From: Tubulanus polymorphus
Taxonomy: Eukaryota; Animalia; Nemertea
Assembly: GCF_964204645.1 (NCBI RefSeq)
Contig: NC_134026.1
Coordinates: 13,824,050 to 13,888,049, forward strand
Direction of reading: 5' to 3'
Length of the DNA: 64,000 nt
Numbering within the stretch: the stretch's first letter is position 1; each line of letters starts with the position of its first letter. The translations under genes and the position numbers were made by a program. The notes beneath the pieces were generated by a model. It did no database searches. It saw nothing but the letters and a program-made list of their open reading frames with translations, and was not told the DNA's origin. Shown here in pieces: positions 11,780-26,345 of the stretch.

Positions 11780-11929
11780 GCTAAATATATTAGATCTAGA
11801 GCTAAGTATATTAGATCTAGAGCTCCAGTGAGTTTCCAGTCGGCTCCGGTCGGTTTCCAGTCGGTTCCAGTCGGCTCCAGTCGGCTCCAGTCGGTTCCAG
11901 TCGGCTCCAGTCGGTATTTAGTAGGGGCG
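11780..11929 (-). mobile_element. Probable 5' terminus of the Mutator-like element with 10-bp subterminal repeats
   Basis: (CCAGTCGG[C/T]T)n at 11824-11914, followed by TATTTAGTAGGGGCG abutting the interrupted Gypsy integrase. A related fragment lies at 32810-32860. Confidence 0.65.
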
Positions 11930-13782
11930 TTCTCGGGTGGTCCACTCATCAACCATTTTGCGGGCAACTGTGTGAGCTTCGTCGTTTCGTAGAGGCCATG
12001 CCTCTGGCCACTTCGTGAAAGCATCTTGTGCTGCTAGTATATAGCAGTTCCCTTTTCTGGTTTGACGCAAGGGACCAATAGTGTCGACATGTATTCGTTG
12101 GCCACGCCTACCAACAGGTGTTGACACAGGTGCTTTAGGCATTTTCGCAGGTGATTTACATTTGCCACATGTTCTGCATTTTTGTAAAAAACGTCGCACC
12201 ATGCCCGTTAGTCCCATTGCCCATAATCGTTGCTTTGAGCTTTGTTTTTGTAGACCCAACCCTTGACCCAATTCAGTGATTGCATTTTCGGCGGTGCTCG
12301 ATGGGAGAACTACACGGTGTGATTGATTTGCGGAACCTGGTAGTGGTTTGAGGACTAGTAAACCATTTTGAAGGTGTAGACGCTCAAACAAACCAAACAA
12401 GCTCCTCAACAATCTGCCACACTGTTGTAAATCATGTCTTGGGGGTTTACCCTTTCCACCCGTGCTTACCAACTGGATTTCTGGATGTCTGTTGGACATC
12501 TACTAGGTCCTGAAATGTTAACTGTATGGGGGCGCCCTTTTTAATTAGGTTGATACCTGGTGATGAAGGTAGACCTGTATCCCCACAGCTTCGGGCAATC
12601 GCCATGTTTTCGTGCTCTCCTTGGTATTCTAGAGAGCCCATCAGCGTTACCATGTAGCCTGCCAGCTCGATGTTCAATTTGGAAATCGTAGTCTTGAAGT
12701 CGTTCCAACCACCTAGCGATTTGACCTTCTGGTTCCTTAAAAGTGTTGAGCCATTTCAACGCAGCATGGTCCGTCGAATGAGTTTTGGTCGCCCTTGAAG
12801 ATAATGGCGGAAGTGTTCAACCATATCCAACATTTTTCTGCGAGTCGCACAATAGTTTTCTTCGCCCTACCCCATACGCAATGGCTATTTCGGTGCCGTC
12901 CAGTTGCTGCTGACTGAGGACTCCCCCTGTTGCGAAATTGCTAGCGTCACAGTCTATAAGATAAACTTACCCGCAGTCGGTAAGAAGTCCGGAAATGCCA
13001 ATACTGGGGGTTCAGTCAGCTTCCTATTTAAATCTTGGAACACTTTCTCTTGTAGTGGACCCCATTTGAAAACTTGATTTTTCTTCAAGAGAGTATTAAG
13101 TGGAGCAGAGATGTTAGAGAAGTCATCGATAAATTTTGAATAATACGTTACCAGACCCATGAAACTGCGCACGTCAGTGACGCTTTGTAGTATAGGCCAA
13201 TCAAAAACTTTGGCGCACTTATCCGGGTCAGTTTCGAGACCAGCTCCGCTGACAATATGTCCAAGAAATTTAATTCGCTTCTTCAACAGGGAGCATTTGC
13301 TCGGTTTCAACTTCAAATTTGCCCTCGAAAAACATTTGAAGACTTGGTAGAGTCTAGGTGTGATGCCAGATCACATCATCTAAGTAGATTAAACAGGTTT
13401 TCCAAGCAACATTATCTAAAGCCATGGACATAAGTCTCAAAAAACAAGCTGGTGCATTACACAACCCAAAAGGCATTATGTTCCATTCGTATAGATGACG
13501 CTCTGTCGTGAAGGCAATTTTGGGTTTGTCTGACTCCTTAATCGGCACTTGCCAATAACAACAGTCTTCTCCACAGTCAATGTTACATCCAAATTTGGTC
13601 AGGAAGTTATTACCCAATAAGCAGTCTTGCGTAAGGTCGTCTAAAATAACCATCGGGACTATGAACTCTAAGCCACCTATACCCACAGTTACCTCAGCAA
13701 TCCCCCGTATACACATATCCTGCCCATTTGCAGTGGTAATACTACCATTTACTGGCGCCATGGTGTAGGTCGCGCATAACAA
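11930..13782 (-). pseudogene. Ty3/Gypsy pol (protease, internally deleted RT, RNase H, integrase)
   Basis: CLLGNNFL, YWQVPI, MPFGLCNAPA, YLDDV, FLGHIVS, QIARWLERLQDYDFQIEHRAG..HGNADGLSR, HVDTIGPL, DAFTKWPEA. Confidence 0.95.
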
Positions 13783-14005
13783 CGATTTGTCTGAGTGAAG
13801 ATGTTAGCTACATAAAAGCAATCCTATCGTGAAATTATTAAAAGTCATGTCAGTCGATAAACTTGGTTTCGTCAGTAACCGGCACTGGCCTCAAATTTGA
13901 AGAACTTGTGAGCTTCTGTCCTGGTCGATTTCCTCCCTACTTGATAGACCTTTAAGCTTCGCTTTTTTCAGTTAAAACGGACATCTTTATTTAAAACCCG
14001 ATTCA

Positions 14006-14066
14006 GGGGTGGTTGGCGCGCCCAGTCTCTCCAACCTTAGGAGAGACTGGGCGCGCCAACCACCCC
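14006..14066. repeat. Perfect 27-bp GC-rich inverted repeat with 7-nt loop
   Basis: GGGGTGGTTGGCGCGCCCAGTCTCTCC-aacctta-GGAGAGACTGGGCGCGCCAACCACCCC. Confidence 0.95.
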
Positions 14067-15864
14067 CAGGGGCACGATTCCCTCACGGGCCTAATGTCTA
14101 CTTAACAGACTTTTAAAGTTCACACTTTTTTCAATTGAAACAAACATTTTATCTAAAATTTGACTCTTGAACAATTGCTTACCCCAGTCTTTCTTACAGA
14201 ATTGCATGCAGAGCTGAGCTAAAAGCCTACACAGTAGATCTCTTGGTATTTTGTGTTAACGGACATGTATCTACGTTCACATCTGCATCTCCGATATCGT
14301 GCGCATATGTTTAGGGAGACTTAATACAAAGTGGCGCGCTCTATCGGTAGCAATCATTGGTCGAACGTCTCTTTAATTCCAAAACCAGTTGAGGAGAATG
14401 CTGAATAGTCTATTTTCGATGACATGAGGCGAATATCTATTTATCTTATATCCATGCTCTCGACTCGCAGGTTGGCCTTTATCGGTTGTAACGCGTTGAG
14501 TATCGAGCCTTATCTCGGCCTATCTGACTCTACTTTCCCCTGAGTAAAAGTGTTTATTTGATATTTATTGTAAATGCGAGTAGAGATCCGAGAAGTGATC
14601 CAGACTGTGACAGACTGCCAAATTAACAATAAACTATCCAAACTGTGATGACACTAATTATATAACTCTTTTGATTACTAAATGAATACTGTTTATAACA
14701 ACAACCTGTTTCTACTCATATCGTGTATCACTCAAATATAGTATTTTACAGATAATCTTAAGATACGTATACATAATGATTATTTCACTATGTAAAGAAA
14801 AAAAGATTTAACGCATCGAACAGATCGCTTGTATGCAAGCTAGAGAACGCTCATTTGATTCACTTTCACTGATCACTAGGTATCATCCGAACACGGATAG
14901 TATCCGACAGTAACCCACGAAACACTGGAAATTGATCCAGTTTAACACGACTCTAAGACCTATATTAAAGAAACCATCCAGAATACAATTTAAACGCGGG
15001 AAACACGGGAAAATCTCAATCTAAAATGCTGTACTAAGCATTGTGCAATATAGAAATCTTCTATGAACGAGGTGAAAATCATAAGTCTCCAGAGACTTTG
15101 CTCTACAGAAAAGTCCCTTAAAATCACCGAAGATATGTAAATGTTGCTATACCTTTGTGAAACTGGTTGTTGTGTTGCTCTGCCTCTATCGGTCCAGCGG
15201 TCCTCCCAGATACTATCACACAAGTCCACAACTGGGGCTCTCACCAATTCATCAATTTCATTTCAGGTTTATTATGCTGATCCTTGGCACCTATTCTACA
15301 CCTGCGACTTGTGCACCACTGGTCTGGAACGAATTCGCTAAACTAGGTACTGGTCAGAATGACACTTCTTTGTGGAATTTTTGTTTCATCGATGATAATT
15401 CCAGAAGTTTTATTTAATTGAATTTCTACTTTCTTTTATAGTTTATTGTTTGTGTCAGTTTTTTTTACAGTATGTACATCAGGGTAATGAACAAGAACAT
15501 TTTCGCGGTAGATCAAATTGAAATTGATTATGAAAGTTTTATTCCATGTAAAATGTTGAATGTTCATGGCCGATACCTTAAAATCTTCAGATCGAGCCCG
15601 CAATATCGGAAATGTCGGCGAGATAATGAAAACAAAGACGTGCGGAAACCGAAAGAATGTCCACATTGCACAATGCGCGTATAGCGCCTCGATAAACACT
15701 TACCGTATTGCAAAGGAAGTTATGACATAGCTCGTGAGTTAATTACACTTTACTCATCACATATCTTGTTGATTATCAATTATGATTAATGTGTTTTAGG
15801 GCTCTCTTCTACTGGCTGTATGGCGGTCTTACTGCTGCAATTGCGTGATATGTAACTAAGCGTA

Positions 15865-15980
15865 CTGGGACTTAAGTCCAAAAGTCGTCTTAAAACTGGT
15901 CTTAAGTTGTTAGATTGGCTATGGAGCTAAGTTGGTCTTAGACTGGTCTTAAGTCTAAGCCATGACTATGCAACTGGCCC
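15865..15980. mobile_element. Harbinger-type MITE fragment
   Basis: CTTAAG-rich repeats ending GCAACTGGCCC|CTG, the same terminus as the Harbinger at 3057-3068, with a CWG flank. Confidence 0.7.
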
Positions 15981-17028
15981 CTGTATTTGACTTTGAATAA
16001 GCCTTTGGATATTTCGAACAGATAGCTATGTGCAAAAATCAGAAGAACGAATAAATAGAGTAATCGTCACTATTAGATTCCCTAGACAGAGGAGGCGAAT
16101 TCAGGTTATCCGCGTCTCTGTAGGCAAGCTGGATGCTCACGGCGGGCAACTGATATTTTGATCAGCGCGCGCAGTGACGTCACGCAGAGCGTCCAAACTT
16201 AAAGGGTCCAAAGATCTATCTAAAATTTATCGTATCAGCAAAGATCTGATCCTAAAACTACACACGACCAATATCTTTCATTTGGTACCGAAAACTTGTT
16301 CATGCATAGCGCACAGACCGTACCAACTCGTGACAAAGTTTCGCCATTTGTCTCCTATGCGTAGTATAGATGAAGCTCATGCATTCTTAAGATCACGCAA
16401 TTTTAAGTTCAGGTAACTACCTGAGATATTTCGATACTTGTTACATCAGAGAGTCGATTATCATTATCATTGCTTTCTTACTAAGTGCAAGCGAGGGAGA
16501 CCGATAAATCAAATCCTCAACAGACAGATGAAATTTTGAGCGCCGTACCAAACAAAAATGAAACCTGATTCAGAGTATCCGCAGCTACTGGCAGACAACA
16601 TTGTCTCAAAGTTCATTTCCTGGAGCTGCGGATTACAAAATGTTGACACGAACGCTGCATCTCAAAGAAGGCAGCGGATTCGAGATATGCTGATCGCAAC
16701 ACAGTTTACTTTAAACGAACGTAAACTAAAAGAATATCTAAATTTTTGATGTACGTCGAGTCTGTAAGTAAATACTTATCAATCACGCAATCGTCGACAT
16801 TTTGAAATCTGCATCATATAGGCCTATATACATTAATCTTTCAATAGGTCGAGGTATCAAACATGAATCAAACAGCGGAAATCGTCAGTCGATCGCACGC
16901 GAGCACAGTGAATTGGACCACGATCGGCAAAAAAGACGAAGACAAAGCGATAAGCAATTGATAGACAGTGGTATGTTGATTCAAGCATTTTTCATAGGTT
17001 AAAATGGATTGACAGTTTTTTTGCTAAA

Positions 17029-17320
17029 TGGAACCTCCTTACATTGAACTTCACGGGACCAGACAATCTGTTTGTTATAACTGATAGTTCGCTATATCCA
17101 GTATGAAATAAATAAAAGTTGCTTACTTGAGACAAAATTCTTTATTTGTTATAACCAATAAATCGTTGTATCGGAGTTCGTTATAACAAGGTTCCACTGT
17201 AATGTGCGTATTTTATGAACTTAGTTATAACGAACTCCGATACAACGATTCATCGGTTATAACAAATATAGAATTTCGTCTCAAGTAAGAAACTTTACTT
17301 TATTGGATATAACGAACTAT
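17029..17320. mobile_element. Tc1/mariner-type MITE (17029-17199) plus an inverted partial copy (17224-17320)
   Basis: Terminus GTTATAACAAGGTTCCACTG|TA, with TGGAACCT at the other end and GTTATAAC repeats. Confidence 0.7.
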
Positions 17321-17655
17321 TTCTGAGGAGGCTTGAATCATCTGACCTTGATGTATGTATCTATCTTGATCTGATACCCGAATGGTCATCACATGAAAAG
17401 TTCGGTGGACGATGAGGAGTGTCCTGTTACTTTGCCAAAAAAATCTGACCTGAATCCGTGGCCTTAGCTTCTTCATGGGTTGAGACTTTTATCTTTAAAA
17501 TCATTCAGGTTTTTGATCAAATTAATTTCCACAAAATTCGGTAACCATCTTAGTCTCATTGGTTCTCATGCATAGATTTAAATAATCATTTTTTTCAGCA
17601 TAACAGGTTATGATTACTTTCGTTATTTTCACCGTCCGACATAGATCTTTGTAAA

Positions 17656-19175
17656 GTGTTGCAATACCGGAAGAAACCGCCACCGAAAAGATATCAGGCG
17701 GAGTTACAGTCATACGATGTTGGATCCCCCATGGAAAGAGTAGCGGTCGATATCATGGGCCCTCAGCAGGAAACCACGGCAGGGAACCAATACATTATAG
17801 TCATAATGGACTACTTCACAAAATGGGTAGAATGTTACGCTGTACCGGACATCGAGGCCAAGACGGTAGCTGACAAACTTGTGACCGAATTCTTTAGTCG
17901 TTTTGGAGTGCCGAGGGAGCTGCACTCAGACCAGAGCTCAAACTTCCAGTCCCATCTCTTCCGCGAAATTTGTACCCTACTGGGGATCCACCAAACCAGA
18001 TGCAGCCCCTACCGTCCTCAAAGCGACGGTATGGTGGAACGCTTCAATCGGAGCCTTAAAGCGATGTTGTCTTTAACAACAACTGACGACCCTTTTGATT
18101 GGGACTTACAACTTCCCTACGTCTCGATGGCCTATCATTCCGCCCGGCACACCACTACAGAAGCGTCACCGAACTACCTGATGCTTCTGAGGGAGATCGA
18201 TCTACCCATAGATCTGATCGTCGGACTTCCTCCGAAAGACCGGTATCCATCCATCCATCAACGACTACACTGCCAGCGTACAGACCCTAATGGAAACGGC
18301 ACAAAGAGATGGGTCCTGCTAAAGTACGAAACTACGAAATATGAAACGAAATTACGAAATATGGAGCGAAATTACGAAACGAAACGAAATAACGAAACTA
18401 CGAAATTACGAAATGGAAATTTTTTTGCCAGTAGTGCTTAAATACGAACCGAAATACGAAACTAAATGGTCACATTTCAAACACACGCCCATACTATGGA
18501 GAAACGAGGTATTAATTTTTTAGGCTAAACACTGCAGGATATATTTTAAGGCACACTTCGTTCTCTAACCCGTAATTTATTAATCGCTACCTTCCAGTTG
18601 TATATGAGCATGCGCAGATCATTCTCCCTGATGGCATCGCTAAACTCAGTCGCGGCACGGAACCCTGCCACACTAGACCGGGTGCGCATGTTTAAGCCAG
18701 CTCCACGAATCCGTTGCTATAGCGCCAAAATTTTCGTTTCGTATTACATTTTATACTTTAGCAGGACCCGCGAAAAAAAGGCCATTTCGTTTCGTAGTTT
18801 AGCATTTCGTATAGTTTTTCGTTTCGTACTTTAGCATTTCTTAATTTCGTTGCATATTTCTTAATTTCGAAGTTTCGTACTTTAGAAGTAACCCACAGAG
18901 ATGCTCGGAAGGCGCTCCTGAAAAACCCATCGCGACGGAAAGCACTTTACGACCAAAAACGTCACGGGAAGCCGTACGACGCCAGCGACCAGGTTTGGCT
19001 CTTATCAACCCAAATTGACGGACGGAAATCCAAACCGCAAACTCCAGTTGAACTGGACCGGGCTGTATACTGTAATAAAACGACTATCAGACGCCCTGTA
19101 TGAGGTCCAGGACAAGCTGTCCAGCGCTCCTTAGATCGTGCACTTCGATCGACTTAAGCCGTATTTAGGAGTGCA
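17656..19175 (+). pseudogene. Ty3/Gypsy integrase (core and C-terminal domain), interrupted by a MITE
   Basis: PMERVAVDIMGP, DYFTKWVE, LHSDQ, YRPQSDGMVERFNR. After the insert: YDQK..DQVWL...IKRLSDALYEV...VHFDRLKPY. Confidence 0.95.
18311..18894. mobile_element. Non-autonomous TIR element (Mutator-like) with ACGAAA subterminal repeats
   Basis: Ends GGGTCCTGCTAAAGTACGAAA / TTTCGTACTTTAGAAGTAACCC. Flanks AAAGAGAT / ACAGAGAT form an 8-bp TSD with one mismatch. Confidence 0.8.
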
Positions 19176-19362
19176 GTACCGATCTCTACTGACGAGCCCG
19201 GAACTCAGACGAAATGACGATGACAGACGATACAGAGACTAGTCGTAAACCCAGGGGCCGTACCTGCTGAAAACGCCAACGCCCAGATTATCTCTACTTG
19301 TAGGCACTGTCTACTGTTTTAAACAGCAAAGTAGTCAATCGCTCTTTGTTCTTTTATTTTAG

Positions 19363-20706
19363 GTCGTCAAATTTCAAATGTCATGGTTGTCGGGACCATT
19401 TCCGATCATTAGAAAACTTTGAGCGCCATGAAAATAAGTGCGAAGCGGTGACACACGAGGGCGTAAAGTACGAGTGTAAGTGCGGCCGAATCAGTGACGG
19501 GGCGACACACTTCGACGCCACGCTAGACGTCACCATGGCACTTCACAGTGCGTAGTAAAGATCGCGGAGGAAGGGTGGGACCAGCCGCCAGAGATCAGTA
19601 TTGAGTGCGCAGGAGACAAGAGGAAGGTGGAGTTAACAGGTGCGGATCGTGAGGAGAAGAGAGGGAAGAAAAAGTTAGAGAGGAAGGTAGAAGGTGCGAC
19701 GACGGAGATTAAGGAGAAAGAGAAGAGGAAGGAAGAAGGTGTGACGACACCGATTAAGAAGATAGATGAGAGAAAAAAAGAAGGAGAGACCAAAAGCAAA
19801 GAAAGAGGAAAGCGTGGCGAATGAAGAGAGAGGAGCCGGAGATGGAACAGAATGACTTGACAGCGGCAGACACTACAACCATTGTTGAGGAAATCACCCC
19901 TGACGGCACCTCGAACGATGTAGAAGCTGAAGAAGTCGGCAAACCAGTAGATGTCGCGTCTGTAAAACCCGGGAGAAGTTTGATCGAAAGAACTAGTTAC
20001 GGAAGAAGGAGAAAACTGATGATAAAGAGGAGCCTGGAACTTAGCCGTCGCGCGAGAAAGAGACGAGCTGGGAAAAAAGAAGAGGTCGGAAGAGGCGCGC
20101 AAGGCAGCAGTAGAACAGCGGAGGAGGGTAGAAGAGGAGGCAAGAGAGAAGAGAGAGACCGAGAGACCGAAGGAGGCTAGAAGAGAAACGAAGAGAAGAA
20201 ATACAGAGCTTGGAGAAAGGAACGAGAGAGCCGGAGAGCGTACCAGCGTACTCGCCATAAATACTCGGCGCGAACTGTCAGACTTGGTGGGGAAACCAAA
20301 CCCCAACGTACGTGCCGACGGAAATTATCAAGCAGTTACCAAAGGCCGATGTCTCGGCCCTTATACAGCCGGCGATAATCGAGTTAGACGAGCCGCGGCC
20401 GGTGAAAGAGAATAGATGTAACCCGGAATCGAGAAGGGTGCTTGCACATGTACACCCGACCGTCCATGGCCGCCCGGCTACTTTCCGGGAAGTTCCGGGA
20501 GTACCTGTTCGATGCCCCTTCTGTCAAAAGAGGGCCCGCGCTTCGGGGATCTCCTGGACGCCACCAGCCTGAAGCTCGTCGCAGCCGTTTTCAGAAGTCC
20601 ACGTCCATCCACTCGAGACCGGGGACATGATTATCTTCGGTTTCGACGACGCCCCGATCGACTGCGTTGCGTGCCAGCTGGAGGAACGTTAATTGTCATC
20701 CGTTGA
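19363..20706 (+). pseudogene. Extra ORF 3' of Gypsy pol: two zinc-finger-like motifs plus a long E/K/R-rich region, frameshifted
   Basis: Acceptor TTTTATTTTAG at 19362, then FKCHGCRDHFRSLENFERHENKC and YECKCG...(frameshift)LRRHARRHH, then a purine-rich charged tract. Confidence 0.6.
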
Positions 20707-20898
20707 AACTGATTGTCGTCCGTTGAAACTAATTGTCGTCCGTTGAAACTGATTGTCGTCCGTTGAAACTAATTGTCATCCGTTGAAACTAATTGTCGTC
20801 CGTTGAAACTAATTGTCGTCCGTCCGTTGAAACGTTGATCGTCCGTCCGTTGAAACTGATTGTCGTGCGTTGAAACTAATTGTCGTCCCTTGAAACTA
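20690..20898. repeat. 20-bp tandem repeat, about 10 copies
   Basis: (ATTGTCGTCCGTTGAAACT[A/G])n. Confidence 0.95.
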
Positions 20899-21734
20899 AA
20901 ATTTTGGGGCTTATTTTAAATCACCTTTCTCCTGGATTTCACCGCTCCCTGTTTATTGTGTATATATATGTATCCTGTTTAATGCCTTTTGTTTATCCAT
21001 ATTAATTCGTCGAAACCGCGTAGCATCGTTATGAAATGTCCGTTGTAAATAGGTCGATGTTTCGCGTCCAGTTATTCCGGGCCCGCATCTATTCATTTTA
21101 ACCCTTCTGGTTGAATTGTATTTAATGTGATTATTTTGTATACCTTTCGGAGTGCGGGGTTCGAACCCTTCTTAATCTATTTTTTTTCCTAGCACATATT
21201 CTTTGCTGATGTATAGCATTTATTTACCGTTTTTATCATTATTTGTTGTGTTGTTTCTCGTGTCCGCCGCGACCTCTTTGTAGCCGGCGCGCGGTTGCCC
21301 GGCTCCGCCCTCATTGTCACTGGAACTCAGCCAACCTCGAAGTCACGTGGCACGCGTGACCAATCACGCGTGTCCGAGCTTGTTCCAGCCAATGAGAGCG
21401 CAGGGGACAATCGCGCTCTATAGAAGGCGAGCAGCGCGCGAGATTGAACAACAAACCGTTCATTCGGACTGTCCGGGTTACTTCAAGCGCCGCCAGAGTA
21501 GAACGCTAAGTCGATATCAGTTACGCTTTCCAGCTTAAGTAAAAAAAATGTAAGAACCGTCGTCCGCGTGTCCCCGTGTCCACCTCTGGACACCCGGACC
21601 GCGTATGCTCGCCTTGTGATAGAACATGTAAATAGGTTATTTGCCGCCCGGATATTGTCCCCGGGTTCATTGCTTATTGTTGTCCGGCCGCGGTCGACGT
21701 TGTCCCCGGCGGACATGGTTGTCCCCGGAACCCG

Positions 21735-24053
<2,319 letters not shown>

Positions 24054-25276
24054 ACAGTTAATATTTCAAATCGAATCAAATTTCGAATCGTAGCGAGCAG
24101 AATTTTGAAATAGGGTTTCATAAAAATGTTTCCTACATTTTTCACGAAAATGAAATCGGGAAAATTTCTATTTTTATCAGCCAATCAGGAAGTTGAGTCT
24201 TCCCTGTGATTGGTTTATCTGAAAATATCAGCAGCTGTTCACGTGAATTGTCGTGATTTCATTACTGGCGCTTTTGCGCATGACGTCATGTATCAACACG
24301 CGACAATACTTCCGCGTTCGCTACGTGTTCGCTGATTGGCCCATTTACTGGGAAATTCCACAGTAGCCTAATGTGGTTTGTTACAAGCGCTGTGATTGGC
24401 CCGACCCGATTCTGGCACGGCTTTAGTTTAGTGGGTTCGAATCCCTTGACGGGTGAAGATGATGGATCCTATCAATCTCTATTGAAACAAATAAGTTTCC
24501 CGGTTGGGCAGCCGCGGATATCTACCGGAAGTGTTCCGGTTCGATATTTCGAGGTTTCTTTGAATTTTGGAGTGATATTGAAATCCGGTAAATACCGGCA
24601 GTAGATTGTGAAAACCCATTGCATGATATTTGTATTACTTAATCAACGAGAAGCGTCTGGGCCGCGCCCGGAGTTTTCACGATTCAAGTAGCGTAATAGC
24701 CTACTTCTTCGTGTTCGTCCACCTCAATTTTCACTCCGCCGATCTCTGACACGGCTCTGTCGCCGTCGGCGCTGTGATTGCACTTTCGTACCACCAACAT
24801 TTTTTATCTTTATATCAGGGAGGTCTGGAGAATAAAAAAGGCAAAATTTGGATATCACATAGGCCTAATTTGGGGCCTGGTTTCATCGAATAAGTCGACT
24901 ATGGTCGTTACGTTTCCGTACTAATTACAACCTAAAACAGTCTGAACAATTTTGTCACAATCAACATTTCGTTTACAGAAATCAGCAAGTGTTCACGTGA
25001 ACCCGCGGTATCGTCTACTGTTTTACTTCCGGTTTTTTTAAGATTTAGAATTGTATTTCAAGATCGATTTCTATGAAATCTTTAGTTGATTTGGTGTTTG
25101 GGAGGAATTTTTATTTGCTCTATAGAAAATTCATCCTTGACAATTGCGCAAAGTTCGCGAAAAAATAGCTTTTCCCAAATCCATCGGGTGTATGACTTTG
25201 ATATGCCAATTAGCCATGTGCTCGAATAACAAATTCAATCAAATTTTATTCTGCCAAAAATGTTAAATCCAATTCA

Positions 25277-26200
25277 TTTTTAGCCCACTTGGGACTTTAG
25301 TCCCAGCGGGCTATTGCGTTCACTTTTCGTCCGTCGTCCGTCCGTCCGTAGACGGAATCCAGTTATTTTGGGAAGTTTTAATAATAATAATAATTGTCAT
25401 TTATCACGCGCAAGTATCCTTTGACAGTTCAAATGCGCTCTCCGAGAGTTAATGCTATGCTGCATGGAACAAAGTTGTTTTGAGATGGGTCTTGAAGCTA
25501 TTGAGGTCGAGAGATAACTATCTAGATAGTTCGTGAGAGTTCCAAAGTTTTGAAGACGCTTCAAGGTAATGTCTTGATATTTGGTTTTAACATGTATCTA
25601 CCCTAGACACATCTTCAGGCCAAAAACTGGCCCTGTCAGATTCAAGATGGCCGACTGGCAGCCATTGTTGTTCGCCAAAATCAGCACTTTGTACACATTT
25701 TTGAAGTTTTCGAGGGACATTGAAGACATCAATAACCTTGATCATTCGTATATATTTGTATCCCCCAATGGCCCATCGGCATGAGAAATGGGTCTATCGG
25801 ACTCAAGATGGCCGTCCTGTGACCTTTTTTGTTCCCAAAATGTCAATTTTGGCCTGAATTCTGAGTCCTGTAGCTTCCTTATGGTTTGCCATTTTTCATT
25901 GCAATTTGTAATGGGTATTCTTTGGAAAGGGATCTTTTATATCCGAGAGGGTATTTTTGACCACGCAATTATGACGCAATTGGCGGCCATCTTGGGGTCA
26001 TCAGTACTCATTCGTAGGTGGAAAAAAGTTTTTCCACATCATATTGATACTTAAGCATATTTTAATATCACAATCAATTGGAAAGTTGTAGCTCATGACA
26101 TGGTCTATGATCTGGGGGAGTTTCAAGCTCATTGGTTTTTGTATATGGCCACCAGGGGGCGTTGAACAATACAATAACTTAGTATTTCTATATTACATTC
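25277..26200 (+). mobile_element. HINE/DINE-1-like family A 5' part nested in family C
   Basis: TTTTTAGCCCACTTGGGACTTTAGTCCCAGCGGGCTA hairpin followed by a (CCGT)n microsatellite. The body is shared with other copies in the window. Confidence 0.85.
25380..25548 (-). mobile_element. L2-like LINE/SINE 3' tail with (ATT)n
   Basis: Minus strand encodes LWNS...SFKTHLKTTLF, then a short UTR and ATTATTATT. Partly present again at 37560-37670. Confidence 0.7.
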
Positions 26201-26345
26201 GTTCCTGCTGTCTGTGTTAACACACGCTTGTACTATGTAAATGATATTGAGCAGGGAGTGTATATTGATATATATATAACCCACAGATTACATCATTTTT
26301 AAAAAGCAAATCTGACAGGCTGGCCATTGTGCCCCTTGGGGCACT

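Larger units (their letters stand above)
24088..26345 (+). mobile_element. Composite Helentron-associated element (family C), 5'-truncated; inverted paralog of 36628-38986
   Basis: Colinear reverse-complement similarity over ~2.2 kb. The 3' end is GGCTGGCC plus the hairpin GTGCCCC-TT-GGGGCAC. Confidence 0.85.

Noticed and set aside
11756-12024. ORFs with LEPTGTDW repeats
   Set aside because: Translations of 10-bp subterminal repeats.
14100-17000. Short ORFs of 60-87 aa
   Set aside because: No recognisable motifs or consistent exon chain. Left unannotated.
19530-20306. 258-aa S/F/L-rich minus ORF resembling a membrane or env protein
   Set aside because: It is the antisense shadow of the purine-rich charged ORF on the plus strand.
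24412-24450. tRNA-like GGTTCGAATCCC B-box (also near 38495)
   Set aside because: No cloverleaf can be formed. At most a SINE remnant inside a repeat.
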